From the NCBI RefSeq assembly GCF_001545095.1, contig NZ_CP013213.1:1980001-2012000 (forward strand): a DNA stretch of 32,000 nt, in the 5' to 3' direction. The translations under genes were made by a program, and so were the position numbers. This document shows, piece after piece, positions 16,793 to 25,030 of this stretch (its first letter is position 1; every line of letters starts with the position of its first letter). Below the pieces are notes generated by a model, which saw only the letters and a list, made by a program, of their open reading frames with translations, was not told the DNA's origin and searched no databases. This stretch comes from Erysipelothrix larvae (lineage in GTDB: Bacteria > Bacillota_I > Bacilli_A > Erysipelotrichales > Erysipelotrichaceae).

Positions 16793-18145
16793 TTAATCTT
16801 TGTGATTATTCAGACACCTAAAGAAGTAATACATCCGCCCAATATCTTCCTCATTCGCAAAGCTGTTAATTGCAATGCTTGGTTTTGCGATGTCTTTAAT
16901 TAGATTACGCGCTGAGACAACAGCACAACAATTATGTTCATTCATAAAGTCTTCAAGTGATTGCCCATTTTGTTGCGATTGTTTGTCATTTCCATGATAA
17001 AGGAAATAGTAGTTATTTGGGAAGATTGATGAAATGAAATTCACCATTGCATTGCCATAATTGACGCTGAAGTCACAATAAATTGCGATATTTCGGCCAC
17101 TTGGCATTTTCTTCTTATTCTCATTGGTTTCTAAATAGTAGACAAGGCATCCAATGAGTTGTTCATTGCCATCCGTCAGTGTTTTAAAAAGTGATCTAAG
17201 GTTTGTATTTCTCATATCGTACTTGTTATAGACACTTTCAAGATGGTTTATCATAAATTTATCGATTGTGAATTTACGATTCTTATAGAATGAGAAGAGC
17301 TTGTCATTGCTAATCATGATATGCGCAATAATTGAGTATAATGATTTATAGGAATCTTCACTGATACCATAACCCAAGACATTGAGTTCATCAATAATGG
17401 TCTTGAGGGTTTCTTCTTTTTCATTCACAAGTGCTTGCAGTTCGTTGCAGTATCTGTAAATCGTTTGTGATATATCATGTTCGACATCCATGACATTGTG
17501 CGTATCACTTGATTTCATTCTAAACCCTTGCATATTGCGAAGGATTGATGCTTTTTCCAAATAGTACAAGAAGTCCAGTAAGTCTGAGTTTGCTGATAAT
17601 TGATCCATATAGTTCAGTTTAAAACTTGGAACACGGTCTCTAAATGAGAACGCACTTTGGAAGTAGTAATAAAATGATGCGATAAATACGCGTATTTTAT
17701 ATTCATCGCCTTCAAGTAACAGTCTGTTTCGGCTATTGAGTCGAACATCATCTTGGGCAAGTTTATCCACAAGAATTTGGATGATTGCTTTCACAGTTTG
17801 TCTGTTACGGAAGGTTGTTGCGGAATGTTCCTTAATGGATTGTCCAGGCCTTTCAATGATATCTCTTAAAATAAGAATCTCAGTTTGAGATGCCATGAGA
17901 CAATTCAATATATATTGATAGTTCTCGCACACATTGTTACGTGTCTTAATGATTCCACCCGTTGTACCAATGTCCAGATAATTATCATAGTAGTTTACAA
18001 GGTACTTCACATCGGAATATACCGTAGTTTCTGAACATTCATTCACTTCTGATGTTTCTAAAATTGATACTTCACCGGATTTTTTATTTAGCAAATCCAT
18101 AACATTTGATAATCGATCCAGTAAAGATTTATCGGTCGTTGCCAT
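16793..18145 (-). CDS. Mga/AtxA-like transcriptional regulator, upstream of the adhesin gene
   Basis: 450 aa. RBS AAAGGAGAAG. It has an N-terminal HTH-like segment (GEVSILETSEVNECSETTVYSDVKYLVNY) and a second one (SIKEHSATTFRNRQTVKAIIQILVDKL). It has the same overall architecture as 1798-3246 but low sequence identity to it. Confidence 0.6.
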   Translation of the reverse strand: MATTDKSLLDRLSNVMDLLNKKSGEVSILETSEVNECSETTVYSDVKYLVNYYDNYLDIGTTGGIIKTRNNVCENYQYILNCLMASQTEILILRDIIERPGQSIKEHSATTFRNRQTVKAIIQILVDKLAQDDVRLNSRNRLLLEGDEYKIRVFIASFYYYFQSAFSFRDRVPSFKLNYMDQLSANSDLLDFLYYLEKASILRNMQGFRMKSSDTHNVMDVEHDISQTIYRYCNELQALVNEKEETLKTIIDELNVLGYGISEDSYKSLYSIIAHIMISNDKLFSFYKNRKFTIDKFMINHLESVYNKYDMRNTNLRSLFKTLTDGNEQLIGCLVYYLETNENKKKMPSGRNIAIYCDFSVNYGNAMVNFISSIFPNNYYFLYHGNDKQSQQNGQSLEDFMNEHNCCAVVSARNLIKDIAKPSIAINSFANEEDIGRMYYFFRCLNNHKD

Positions 18146-18742
18146 ATTCTTCTCCTTTTCAGTAATTTTGCTTGGCTTTTATGTTCCAAACAAAGATGCA
18201 TAAAACATCGTTTTATGTTTTTTAGGTAGATTGATTTAAAACCTGTAAAACATTAATCAACATAATCTCATCACATCTAAGGGGGGGTAGATACTGAGTA
18301 CACTGAGTCAGTCCTGATTTAGCGCATCTTCTTTCATTTTTGACAAGACGCTTGATAATTGGTTCAAGTCCATTTGGTGAAGTGCACACTTTTAAGGATC
18401 ACAAAGACCCCGATACGATTCAGGATTCATCTTTCAGTGTTTTTCTCAACATTGATTCAAACACTATTATTACCTTACGAACAGTTCGCAATTGGATGTT
18501 TAAACATTACATCTCATAAAGCAAACGATGATTTTTAAACCCGTAAAGTATGTTTATTTTAATGACATTCAAGGCTTCACGATACATCAAAAGCCTGTGT
18601 CTTTATTTGTTTTATTTTTATAGAGGGTTTCGCACTTAAATGGTACGAATTTGACACATTTGTGATCACTCACTTTGAGTCTAACCACTCAAGCAGCAAT
18701 CCAATTCATGAAGTCCACGTTTTTAAGACGTGTTGATCTGCT

Positions 18743-19606
18743 TCATTTTATGGATGCGAATTTCATATTTGAACACCTCATAAATCGCGGTAGGTACGTA
18801 TTGGTAAATGAGACAGTACTGATGTTCTTTTGACTTGGCTTCATGATTCCAAACGGGAGCATTAAGGACATAATCATCCCTACTACTGCCAGGAGTGTAC
18901 ACAAGGTTTGAATCAGCTGAAAGACGTCTTCATGTTTGAAGTGTCGTTTGGGTTGCTTGTGTTTCACAATATATAAAACCATCGAACCTGGTGTTAAGGA
19001 AAACAGGCGAAACCCATTTTTCTCACTTTCCTCAAGTTTTAGCTTCATTTTTTCTTTTCCATACCGCAGACGACTTTTAACGGTACTCTCAGTAATTCCT
19101 AAGTACTTCGCGATTTCACATATTCGCATATCTTCATAGTAATATAGAAAGATGCATTCCCTTTGATCTTTGGGTAAACATCCTAAAACATAATCAAAAA
19201 GCTCAGTAAGCTCTTTACGCTGCGCGTAATCTTCTGGGCTGTATCGCTTGGACAAATCCTCAGCATCAAACTCAGAATTTGGATACGACAGCTCGGAAAA
19301 CAACGCTGGTTTTTTTCGTTTAAGGTAATCTTTTGCTTTATTGGTCGCAATTCGATTTACCCATCGTTGATATCCTTCAACACTAAAAGTTCCAAGACAT
19401 TCAAACTTTATGAAAGAACTAATATACGTGTCTTGCAACAAATCCAAGATTGTACTCTCATTATTGATATATCTTGATATTGTAAAATAGACTGACTTGT
19501 ATGTTACATGATACAAGTAGTCAAAAAGTTCTAACGTCAGTCCGTCAGAATCATAAACTCTTTCATCATTATTCACACGACTATCCCCCACCCAATTGGA
19601 TATCAT
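18743..19606 (-). CDS. Sigma-70 family (ECF-type) sigma factor with a fused C-terminal transmembrane tail
   Basis: Region 2-like segment: LLQDTYISSFIKF...YQRWVNRIATNKAKDYLKRKK. Region 4-like segment: LPKDQRECIFLYYYEDMRICEIAKYLGITESTVKSRLRYGKEKM. About 90 extra residues follow, with one hydrophobic helix (LIQTLCTLLAVVGMIMSLMLPFGI). The start codon is not well supported by an RBS. Confidence 0.7.
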   Translation of the reverse strand: MISNWVGDSRVNNDERVYDSDGLTLELFDYLYHVTYKSVYFTISRYINNESTILDLLQDTYISSFIKFECLGTFSVEGYQRWVNRIATNKAKDYLKRKKPALFSELSYPNSEFDAEDLSKRYSPEDYAQRKELTELFDYVLGCLPKDQRECIFLYYYEDMRICEIAKYLGITESTVKSRLRYGKEKMKLKLEESEKNGFRLFSLTPGSMVLYIVKHKQPKRHFKHEDVFQLIQTLCTLLAVVGMIMSLMLPFGIMKPSQKNISTVSFTNTYLPRFMRCSNMKFASIK

Positions 19607-19977
19607 CGCAATGGAATTAAATCACTTTTCACTAAAACTTAATTGACATTCCATTGGTTTAATCAAATCCATTCAATATTCGTTCTAACGATTCCTCCTT
19701 TATCCTTGGTGCACATATCATAAAAACATCCATGTGCACTTTGGATTAAAAACGCTTGTGAATTACAGACTCGTACTTCACTGTATGTTATGCTCATTGT
19801 TAAAGTCCCACCCCCAAAATTTGCATACCCTCAATGTCTTGAAATCATCTCAAAGTAGACCTTTGAAGCAAAATCAAGCCATAGATATACAAGCTTCTAT
19901 ATATATGACGAATTATACCCTTAATTAGTCTTAAATTTAAGAAAAAAAGTTAAAAAATGGGTCAATCACTTTTTATG

Positions 19978-21532
19978 TGGGATTGCCTGTGAATGACATT
20001 TGTAAAATAATAACAACTTGAATGAAAAAAGACCTTACTGTAGAATTTATTTTGCAGAATAAACAAACAGGAAGGTCCATACATGAATTATACACAGACA
20101 CTAACCCAATCACAAGAACTATGTTTAAATCATTTCTTAATCCCTAATACACTCCGTGGATTTCATAACACCAACACCACAATCGAAACAACAAGATCCC
20201 AAAGAGATGCTTATTGCATGCATGGTATTTTAGAAGTTCAAGAAACAGATAAAGTATGCAGCGGTTGTGGTAAGGTGATGCATATAAACAATCGTAAACC
20301 GTGCACACTAAGGCATTTAAGTATTGGTGCAACACTGATGCATGTTCGTTTTGATAGACCCCAATTCTATTGTGTTTCTTGTAGGAATTCAAAGATGCAG
20401 AGTGTACCGTTTAAGGCTGAAAACCACTTTATTACTATTGAACTTGAAAACTATACAAGAGACCTACTCAGTATTGGAACATATACCCTCAAGCAAGTCG
20501 CTGAGATTACAGGATTAGGGAAAAACACTGTTAAAGCCATCGACCTCAAACGCTTGAAAGAACTCTATACAATTGATGGCGAGGTACTAAAGAAACCAGA
20601 GGACTACACACGATACCTAGGCATTGATGAGTTTAAACTCCATGATGGACATAAGTATGCAACCCATATTATCGATATGGAAACGGGTCACATTTTATGG
20701 ATTGCACACGGAAAGAAGAAGCAAGTCGTCTATGATTTTATAGAGCATGTTGGCCTAAAGTGGATGGATCACGTTGAAGCTGTTGCATGCGATATGAACT
20801 CAAATTACCAAGAAGCGTTTGAAGAAAAATGCGAACACATCCAAGTTGTATTTGATCATTTTCATATCATCAAAAACTTTAATGATAAGGTCATCAACGA
20901 GGTTCGCAAGGATGAGCAAAATCGTTTGAAGAATGAAGGGAATATAGAGGCTGCTGCGGCACTTAAGAAGACAAGATACATCTTAATGTCATCACGAGAA
21001 ACGCTCATTAGAAAAGACAATGAAGCCAGAAATGGAAAGATTATCAAGGAAGGCAGTTCTTTATTTAATATACCCAACATTACGCGTAAAGAAGGTCATG
21101 AAGTACGTTACGATGAACTATTGAAAGAGAATGCATTAATCTTCACACTGGATGTGGTAAAAGAGAAATTGCGCTACGCATACACCCTTAATGATGAGAG
21201 TAAAATGGCAGATGAAATCAGTTCAATTGTCGAAATCTGTCAAGCTACAAAAAACAAACACTTTCAATGGTTTGGACGACTCTTAGACAATCACTTTGAA
21301 GGAATCATCGCTCATGCAACTATTAAGATTTCTGCGGGTAAAATAGAAGGTATCAATAATAAAATCAAGACTCTACGAAGACAAGGTTATGGTTACCCTG
21401 ATGATGAATACTTCTTCTTAAAGTTAATTGATGCAAGTAGGAAAACCTATGTTAGGAATGTGCCATCCCACAAGATTTGTGATTGAACCTAAAAAATTAT
21501 AGAATTTTAAACATTTCACAAAGATTGCAGGG
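19978..21532 (+). mobile_element. ISL3-family insertion sequence (ends approximate)
   Basis: A single transposase ORF is flanked by imperfect inverted repeats: left TGTGAATGACATTTGTAAAAT (19988-20008), and right, read on the opposite strand, TGTGAAATGTTTAAAAT (21504-21520). The outer G/C triplets are at 19978-19980 and 21530-21532. Confidence 0.65.
20083..21486 (+). CDS. ISL3 family transposase
   Basis: 467 aa. RBS CAGGAAGG. It has the N-terminal zf-ISL3 pattern (CSGCG...C..C: CSGCGKVMHINNRKPCTLRHL...FYCVSCRNS). A DDE region follows (GIDEFKL, ACDMNSNY, HFHIIKNF), then the C-terminal GYGYPDDEYFFLK that is typical of the family. Confidence 0.9.
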   Translation: MNYTQTLTQSQELCLNHFLIPNTLRGFHNTNTTIETTRSQRDAYCMHGILEVQETDKVCSGCGKVMHINNRKPCTLRHLSIGATLMHVRFDRPQFYCVSCRNSKMQSVPFKAENHFITIELENYTRDLLSIGTYTLKQVAEITGLGKNTVKAIDLKRLKELYTIDGEVLKKPEDYTRYLGIDEFKLHDGHKYATHIIDMETGHILWIAHGKKKQVVYDFIEHVGLKWMDHVEAVACDMNSNYQEAFEEKCEHIQVVFDHFHIIKNFNDKVINEVRKDEQNRLKNEGNIEAAAALKKTRYILMSSRETLIRKDNEARNGKIIKEGSSLFNIPNITRKEGHEVRYDELLKENALIFTLDVVKEKLRYAYTLNDESKMADEISSIVEICQATKNKHFQWFGRLLDNHFEGIIAHATIKISAGKIEGINNKIKTLRRQGYGYPDDEYFFLKLIDASRKTYVRNVPSHKICD

Positions 21533-21629
21533 TGTGACATCTTTTTTTTATCAAAAGTTTGTGAAGAATTCGCATTTTTTTATAGTTTGCCCATCATCCA
21601 TGATGCGATGAGGCTGTTGTGAATGGGCT

Positions 21630-21657
21630 AAAAAAAACAGGTTGTCTTAAAACCTGT
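21630..21657 (-). terminator. Rho-independent terminator of the right (inverted) cassette
   Basis: ACAGGTT/AACCTGT stem, followed on the minus strand by T8. It begins 6 nt after the stop at 21663. Confidence 0.65.
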
Positions 21658-21662
21658 CTTCA

Positions 21663-22823
21663 TTAACCAATAAATTGAACAAGCAGTCCAATGACCAAAA
21701 CGGATGTAACGGTTACGGTTGAAAACCCCGCAACAATCATTTTCGGTAAGATTTCACCTTCAATTGCTTTTACTTCTTCTTCAGTTTCACCCACACTTTT
21801 TGCTGCTTCTTGACTTAATATCATGGTTCCTGGGAATCCAAAGAGTTGTGTTAAGGAGATTGCAATTGACATCATCGCGCTGTAGCCCAAGAGCTTACCA
21901 ACCAATACACCGCCAATTACTGCACCACTGACACCGATTGTAAAGGATAAAACCAAAGGTACTGCCATCGCGATTAAATCATGGATGGATAGGGATGCCA
22001 GGGGTCCAAAGATGATAATCAGAATGGTAATCATAAGGAAACCAAACGCATCAATGCCACTGAGTACATTTGGTTTTAAAATGCCAAAGTGTCTGAGCGT
22101 TACCCCAAACAACAAGGCAACTACAAATTCATTGATAACATTGTTGGTAAGGGCACTGATTTGGGATGCAATCAACATGATGACTGCAAGAAGAAACAGT
22201 GTACCCGCAGTTGTTTGAAAGGCTTCAGGAAGCGCAAAACTGCGTTTCTTTGTTTCTTTTTCTTCATCTTCTACCAAAGGTTTAATGCCATCTTTCTTAA
22301 TGCGTTGTGCTTCTTTACGAAGGATAAAGGATGTAATTGGAAATCCAATAATCCCCTGGATTGCGACGATGAGTACTGGAAGGACCGCAACAGTCGAAAG
22401 CCCTAAAGGTATGGCGACATCTTGAACTAAGATCACGGAAATGGTTCCTCCAGTAATCCCTGCTGCTGCAGCAATTGCTTCACTAAATGTGCCACCAAAT
22501 AATGGGAACAGTGCCAATAGGGCACCTGTTGATCCAATGATTGAACCCACCCCAATGACTACAGTTCGCCATTGTTTCTTAAAATCATCCACACTCAACA
22601 TGGTTCCTAAGTGAATGATAATCAGTCCAACGACGGTTGCACCCAGTGGTAATAATGCTGAGTTAACTAAGATGTTTTCGGGTAAAATATTTGTTTTAAA
22701 GCCAATCAAAAACAAAACACTTGCAACTAATAATGAAGAGACCATGGATTTGGTTTTCTTTGATACCGCATCACTAATCGTCCATATCATCATAATAATC
22801 GCAAAAGCTGTTAGCGCGTTCAT
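21663..22823 (-). CDS. Polytopic membrane protein, probable transporter (paralog of 5365-6525)
   Basis: 386 aa, the same length as the left copy. Long identical runs include FAIIMMIWTISDAVSKKTKS, SALLPLGATVVGLIIIHLGTMLS and IEGEILPKMIVAGFSTVTVTSVL. Confidence 0.7.
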   Translation of the reverse strand: MNALTAFAIIMMIWTISDAVSKKTKSMVSSLLVASVLFLIGFKTNILPENILVNSALLPLGATVVGLIIIHLGTMLSVDDFKKQWRTVVIGVGSIIGSTGALLALFPLFGGTFSEAIAAAAGITGGTISVILVQDVAIPLGLSTVAVLPVLIVAIQGIIGFPITSFILRKEAQRIKKDGIKPLVEDEEKETKKRSFALPEAFQTTAGTLFLLAVIMLIASQISALTNNVINEFVVALLFGVTLRHFGILKPNVLSGIDAFGFLMITILIIIFGPLASLSIHDLIAMAVPLVLSFTIGVSGAVIGGVLVGKLLGYSAMMSIAISLTQLFGFPGTMILSQEAAKSVGETEEEVKAIEGEILPKMIVAGFSTVTVTSVLVIGLLVQFIG

Positions 22824-22832
22824 GCTATCCTC

Positions 22833-23672
22833 CTACACTGCTCGTGTATATGTGAATCCCGATCCGTAAATGTTGTGTGTATTTTGTGAGATCATAAAGG
22901 CATCGGGATCTATCTTTTGAATCTCATGAATTAATGTTTTATATTCTTTCCCTTTCACTGCCACAATCAATACAGGGAATGATTCTTGGGTATACCCCCC
23001 TTGACCACTCAAAATTGTGACACCACGCGATAAGGTCTTGGTAATATAGGTTCGAATCTCTTCGTGTTTTGGACTCATAATCATAATTGAGCGTCCATTA
23101 TTGCTTTGTGATTTCAAGAAGTTCATGGTTGCCATCGTTAAGAGAATTGAGAAAATCGCAAGCAAGAAGGACTCAACACCAAAGATGAAAAAGGAGAATC
23201 CTACCACAAAAGCATCAGTAATCATGAGGCTTAATGCAGGATCAATGTTGAATTTCTTCTTTAAGATAAGGGGTGGAATGGTCGTCCCACCACTGGACGC
23301 ACTGTGTGAAAACAACACAAATACTCCGATACCAAATCCAATACTTCCTACAATAACTGCAAACAATTGATCATTTACAAGTTGTAATTCTGGGACTAAG
23401 TCTAGAAAGATTGGGAGCATGATGCTTCCAATTAGTGCGTTTGCGAACACTTTGCGTTCCAACATGAAGTAAGCCAATGTAAGGACTACAATATTAAATA
23501 ACAAGACAACTGTCCCAACTTCAATGTCAATCATTGAGTGAAGAATAATCCCCAACCCACTGGCTCCCCCTGCCGCAATATTAAAGGGAGCTAAAAACCA
23601 CTGGATGCTTAGGGTAATAAGCCCTACCCCCAATGCAATCCATAAGATACGTATCAATGTTTTATGATTCAT
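22833..23672 (-). CDS. YitT family membrane protein (paralog of 4508-5347)
   Basis: 279 aa, the same length as the left copy. Shared runs include IAAGGASGLGIILH, SSGGTTIPPLILKKKFNIDPALSLM and FMISQNTHNIYGSGFTY. Confidence 0.85.
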   Translation of the reverse strand: MNHKTLIRILWIALGVGLITLSIQWFLAPFNIAAGGASGLGIILHSMIDIEVGTVVLLFNIVVLTLAYFMLERKVFANALIGSIMLPIFLDLVPELQLVNDQLFAVIVGSIGFGIGVFVLFSHSASSGGTTIPPLILKKKFNIDPALSLMITDAFVVGFSFFIFGVESFLLAIFSILLTMATMNFLKSQSNNGRSIMIMSPKHEEIRTYITKTLSRGVTILSGQGGYTQESFPVLIVAVKGKEYKTLIHEIQKIDPDAFMISQNTHNIYGSGFTYTRAV

Positions 23673-24789
23673 CTTTAAAACCTCTCATTCTGTCTATAAT
23701 ATCCAAACACACACCGACACATGTTTCCATTTGAGATACAGGAATCATTTCGTCTACAGTGTGTATTTTTTCATAACCAATCGCGATATTCACGCATTGC
23801 TTTCCATGTGCATTGAACACATTCGCATCACTGCCTCCACCCGAAATAACATAGCGTGACATGCAACGGTTCGCCTTGATTGCTTGATCAATCACACCAA
23901 TAAATGGCATGGTTTGAGTAAATCGATAACCGGTTGAAAGTTGTTGGGTTGTCGTATGATGATGGGCACCATATTGAGTAGTTACTGCATCAATAATCTG
24001 GGTTATTGATGCGATCTCATTGAGGCATACTTGATGATCAATGGACCGTACTTCTGCTTTCATTGTGGCTTTTTCCGCAACAACATTCGTTGCACTGCCC
24101 CCTTTAATAACACCCACATTGACCGTGGTGATTTCATCAAGTCGTCCCATCTTAATTTGGCTGATTATTTCCGCTAACACTTTGATTGCGGAAATACCTT
24201 TTTCAGGTTCAAGACCAGCATGGGCAGATTTTCCAGTAATCTCTGTCTCAAGGGTAATAAGGGTGGGACTTGCACAGGTAATGCCACCCACAGGTCCATC
24301 ACTATCCAATACAATTCCATAATGTGCGTGGATCGTAGACATATCCAGTGCACTTGCCCCAACAAGTCCAATTTCCTCACCAGGGGTAAACACAAATTCT
24401 AAGGTTGGGTGGGGTAAGTGTTCTTCTTGAATCGTCTGTATGAGCTCAATGATAATCGCAATCCCTGCTTTATCATCAGCACCAAGGATAGTGTGGCCTT
24501 GCGATGTGATTATCCCTTGATCCAGGATTGGAACAATGCCTTCCCCTGGTTGTACTGTATCGGTATGTGCTGAGAAGAACAGTGGTGTCCCTTCACAGTT
24601 TCCCTTTAGTGTAAAAACAAGATTATTCCCACCTAATCCTGTTTGTGTTCTTGAGCTGTCTTCATTGAGTTCTAACCCTAAGTCAATCAGTTTCTTTTTA
24701 AGCACATCATGAAATACCCCTTCATGTCGTGAGACTGATGCAACTCCAACAAGTTCCATAAACGACTGTGTCATTCGATCTGTATTCAT
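23662..24789 (-). CDS. M20 family metallopeptidase, PepT-like (paralog of 3391-4521)
   Basis: The ATG at 24789 (MNTDRMTQSF) is preceded by GAGGGA. The upstream extension to 24852 has no RBS and no counterpart in the paralog. The motifs FFSAHTDTV, GADDKAGIA and HPTLEFVFTPGEEIGLVGA are conserved. Confidence 0.9.
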   Translation of the reverse strand: MNTDRMTQSFMELVGVASVSRHEGVFHDVLKKKLIDLGLELNEDSSRTQTGLGGNNLVFTLKGNCEGTPLFFSAHTDTVQPGEGIVPILDQGIITSQGHTILGADDKAGIAIIIELIQTIQEEHLPHPTLEFVFTPGEEIGLVGASALDMSTIHAHYGIVLDSDGPVGGITCASPTLITLETEITGKSAHAGLEPEKGISAIKVLAEIISQIKMGRLDEITTVNVGVIKGGSATNVVAEKATMKAEVRSIDHQVCLNEIASITQIIDAVTTQYGAHHHTTTQQLSTGYRFTQTMPFIGVIDQAIKANRCMSRYVISGGGSDANVFNAHGKQCVNIAIGYEKIHTVDEMIPVSQMETCVGVCLDIIDRMRGFKDES

Positions 24790-24980
24790 AAGTATCCCTC
24801 GTGTTCCTTTTATATGCCTATAATAAACCTTTTTTTTAGTTGGTTCATTCATAATGACTGGTTAATTACAACTTTCTTCAAATTTTTTGTCCTTTTTTTA
24901 TTTTAGCGGATATTCGTAAAAAAAACACCCTGAACTGTGTACAATCATGACTTTCTTGATCCGATAACCCCCTAACATTG

Positions 24981-25005
24981 AAAAAAGGCACGGAAGATCC
25001 ATGCC
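24981..25005 (-). terminator. Rho-independent terminator of the GLUG/MBG surface-protein gene
   Basis: The minus strand reads GGCATGG-ATCTT-CCGTGCC (one G-U pair) followed by TTTTTT, 26 nt after the stop at 25031. Confidence 0.65.
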
Positions 25006-25030
25006 CTTAATCATACCTATTTGTTAATGT

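Noticed and set aside
18357-18375. GGTTCAAGTCC, a tRNA T-arm-like sequence that could mark a tRNA gene or an island attachment-site remnant.
   Set aside because: The flanking bases do not form a proper 5-bp T-stem (ATTGG versus CCATT). No acceptor, D or anticodon arms can be built around it, and no second copy is present in the window.
19734-19928. A 64-aa + strand ORF between the sigma gene and the ISL3 element.
   Set aside because: It has no RBS and no recognisable motifs. It lies in the likely promoter region of the sigma gene and is most likely a chance ORF.
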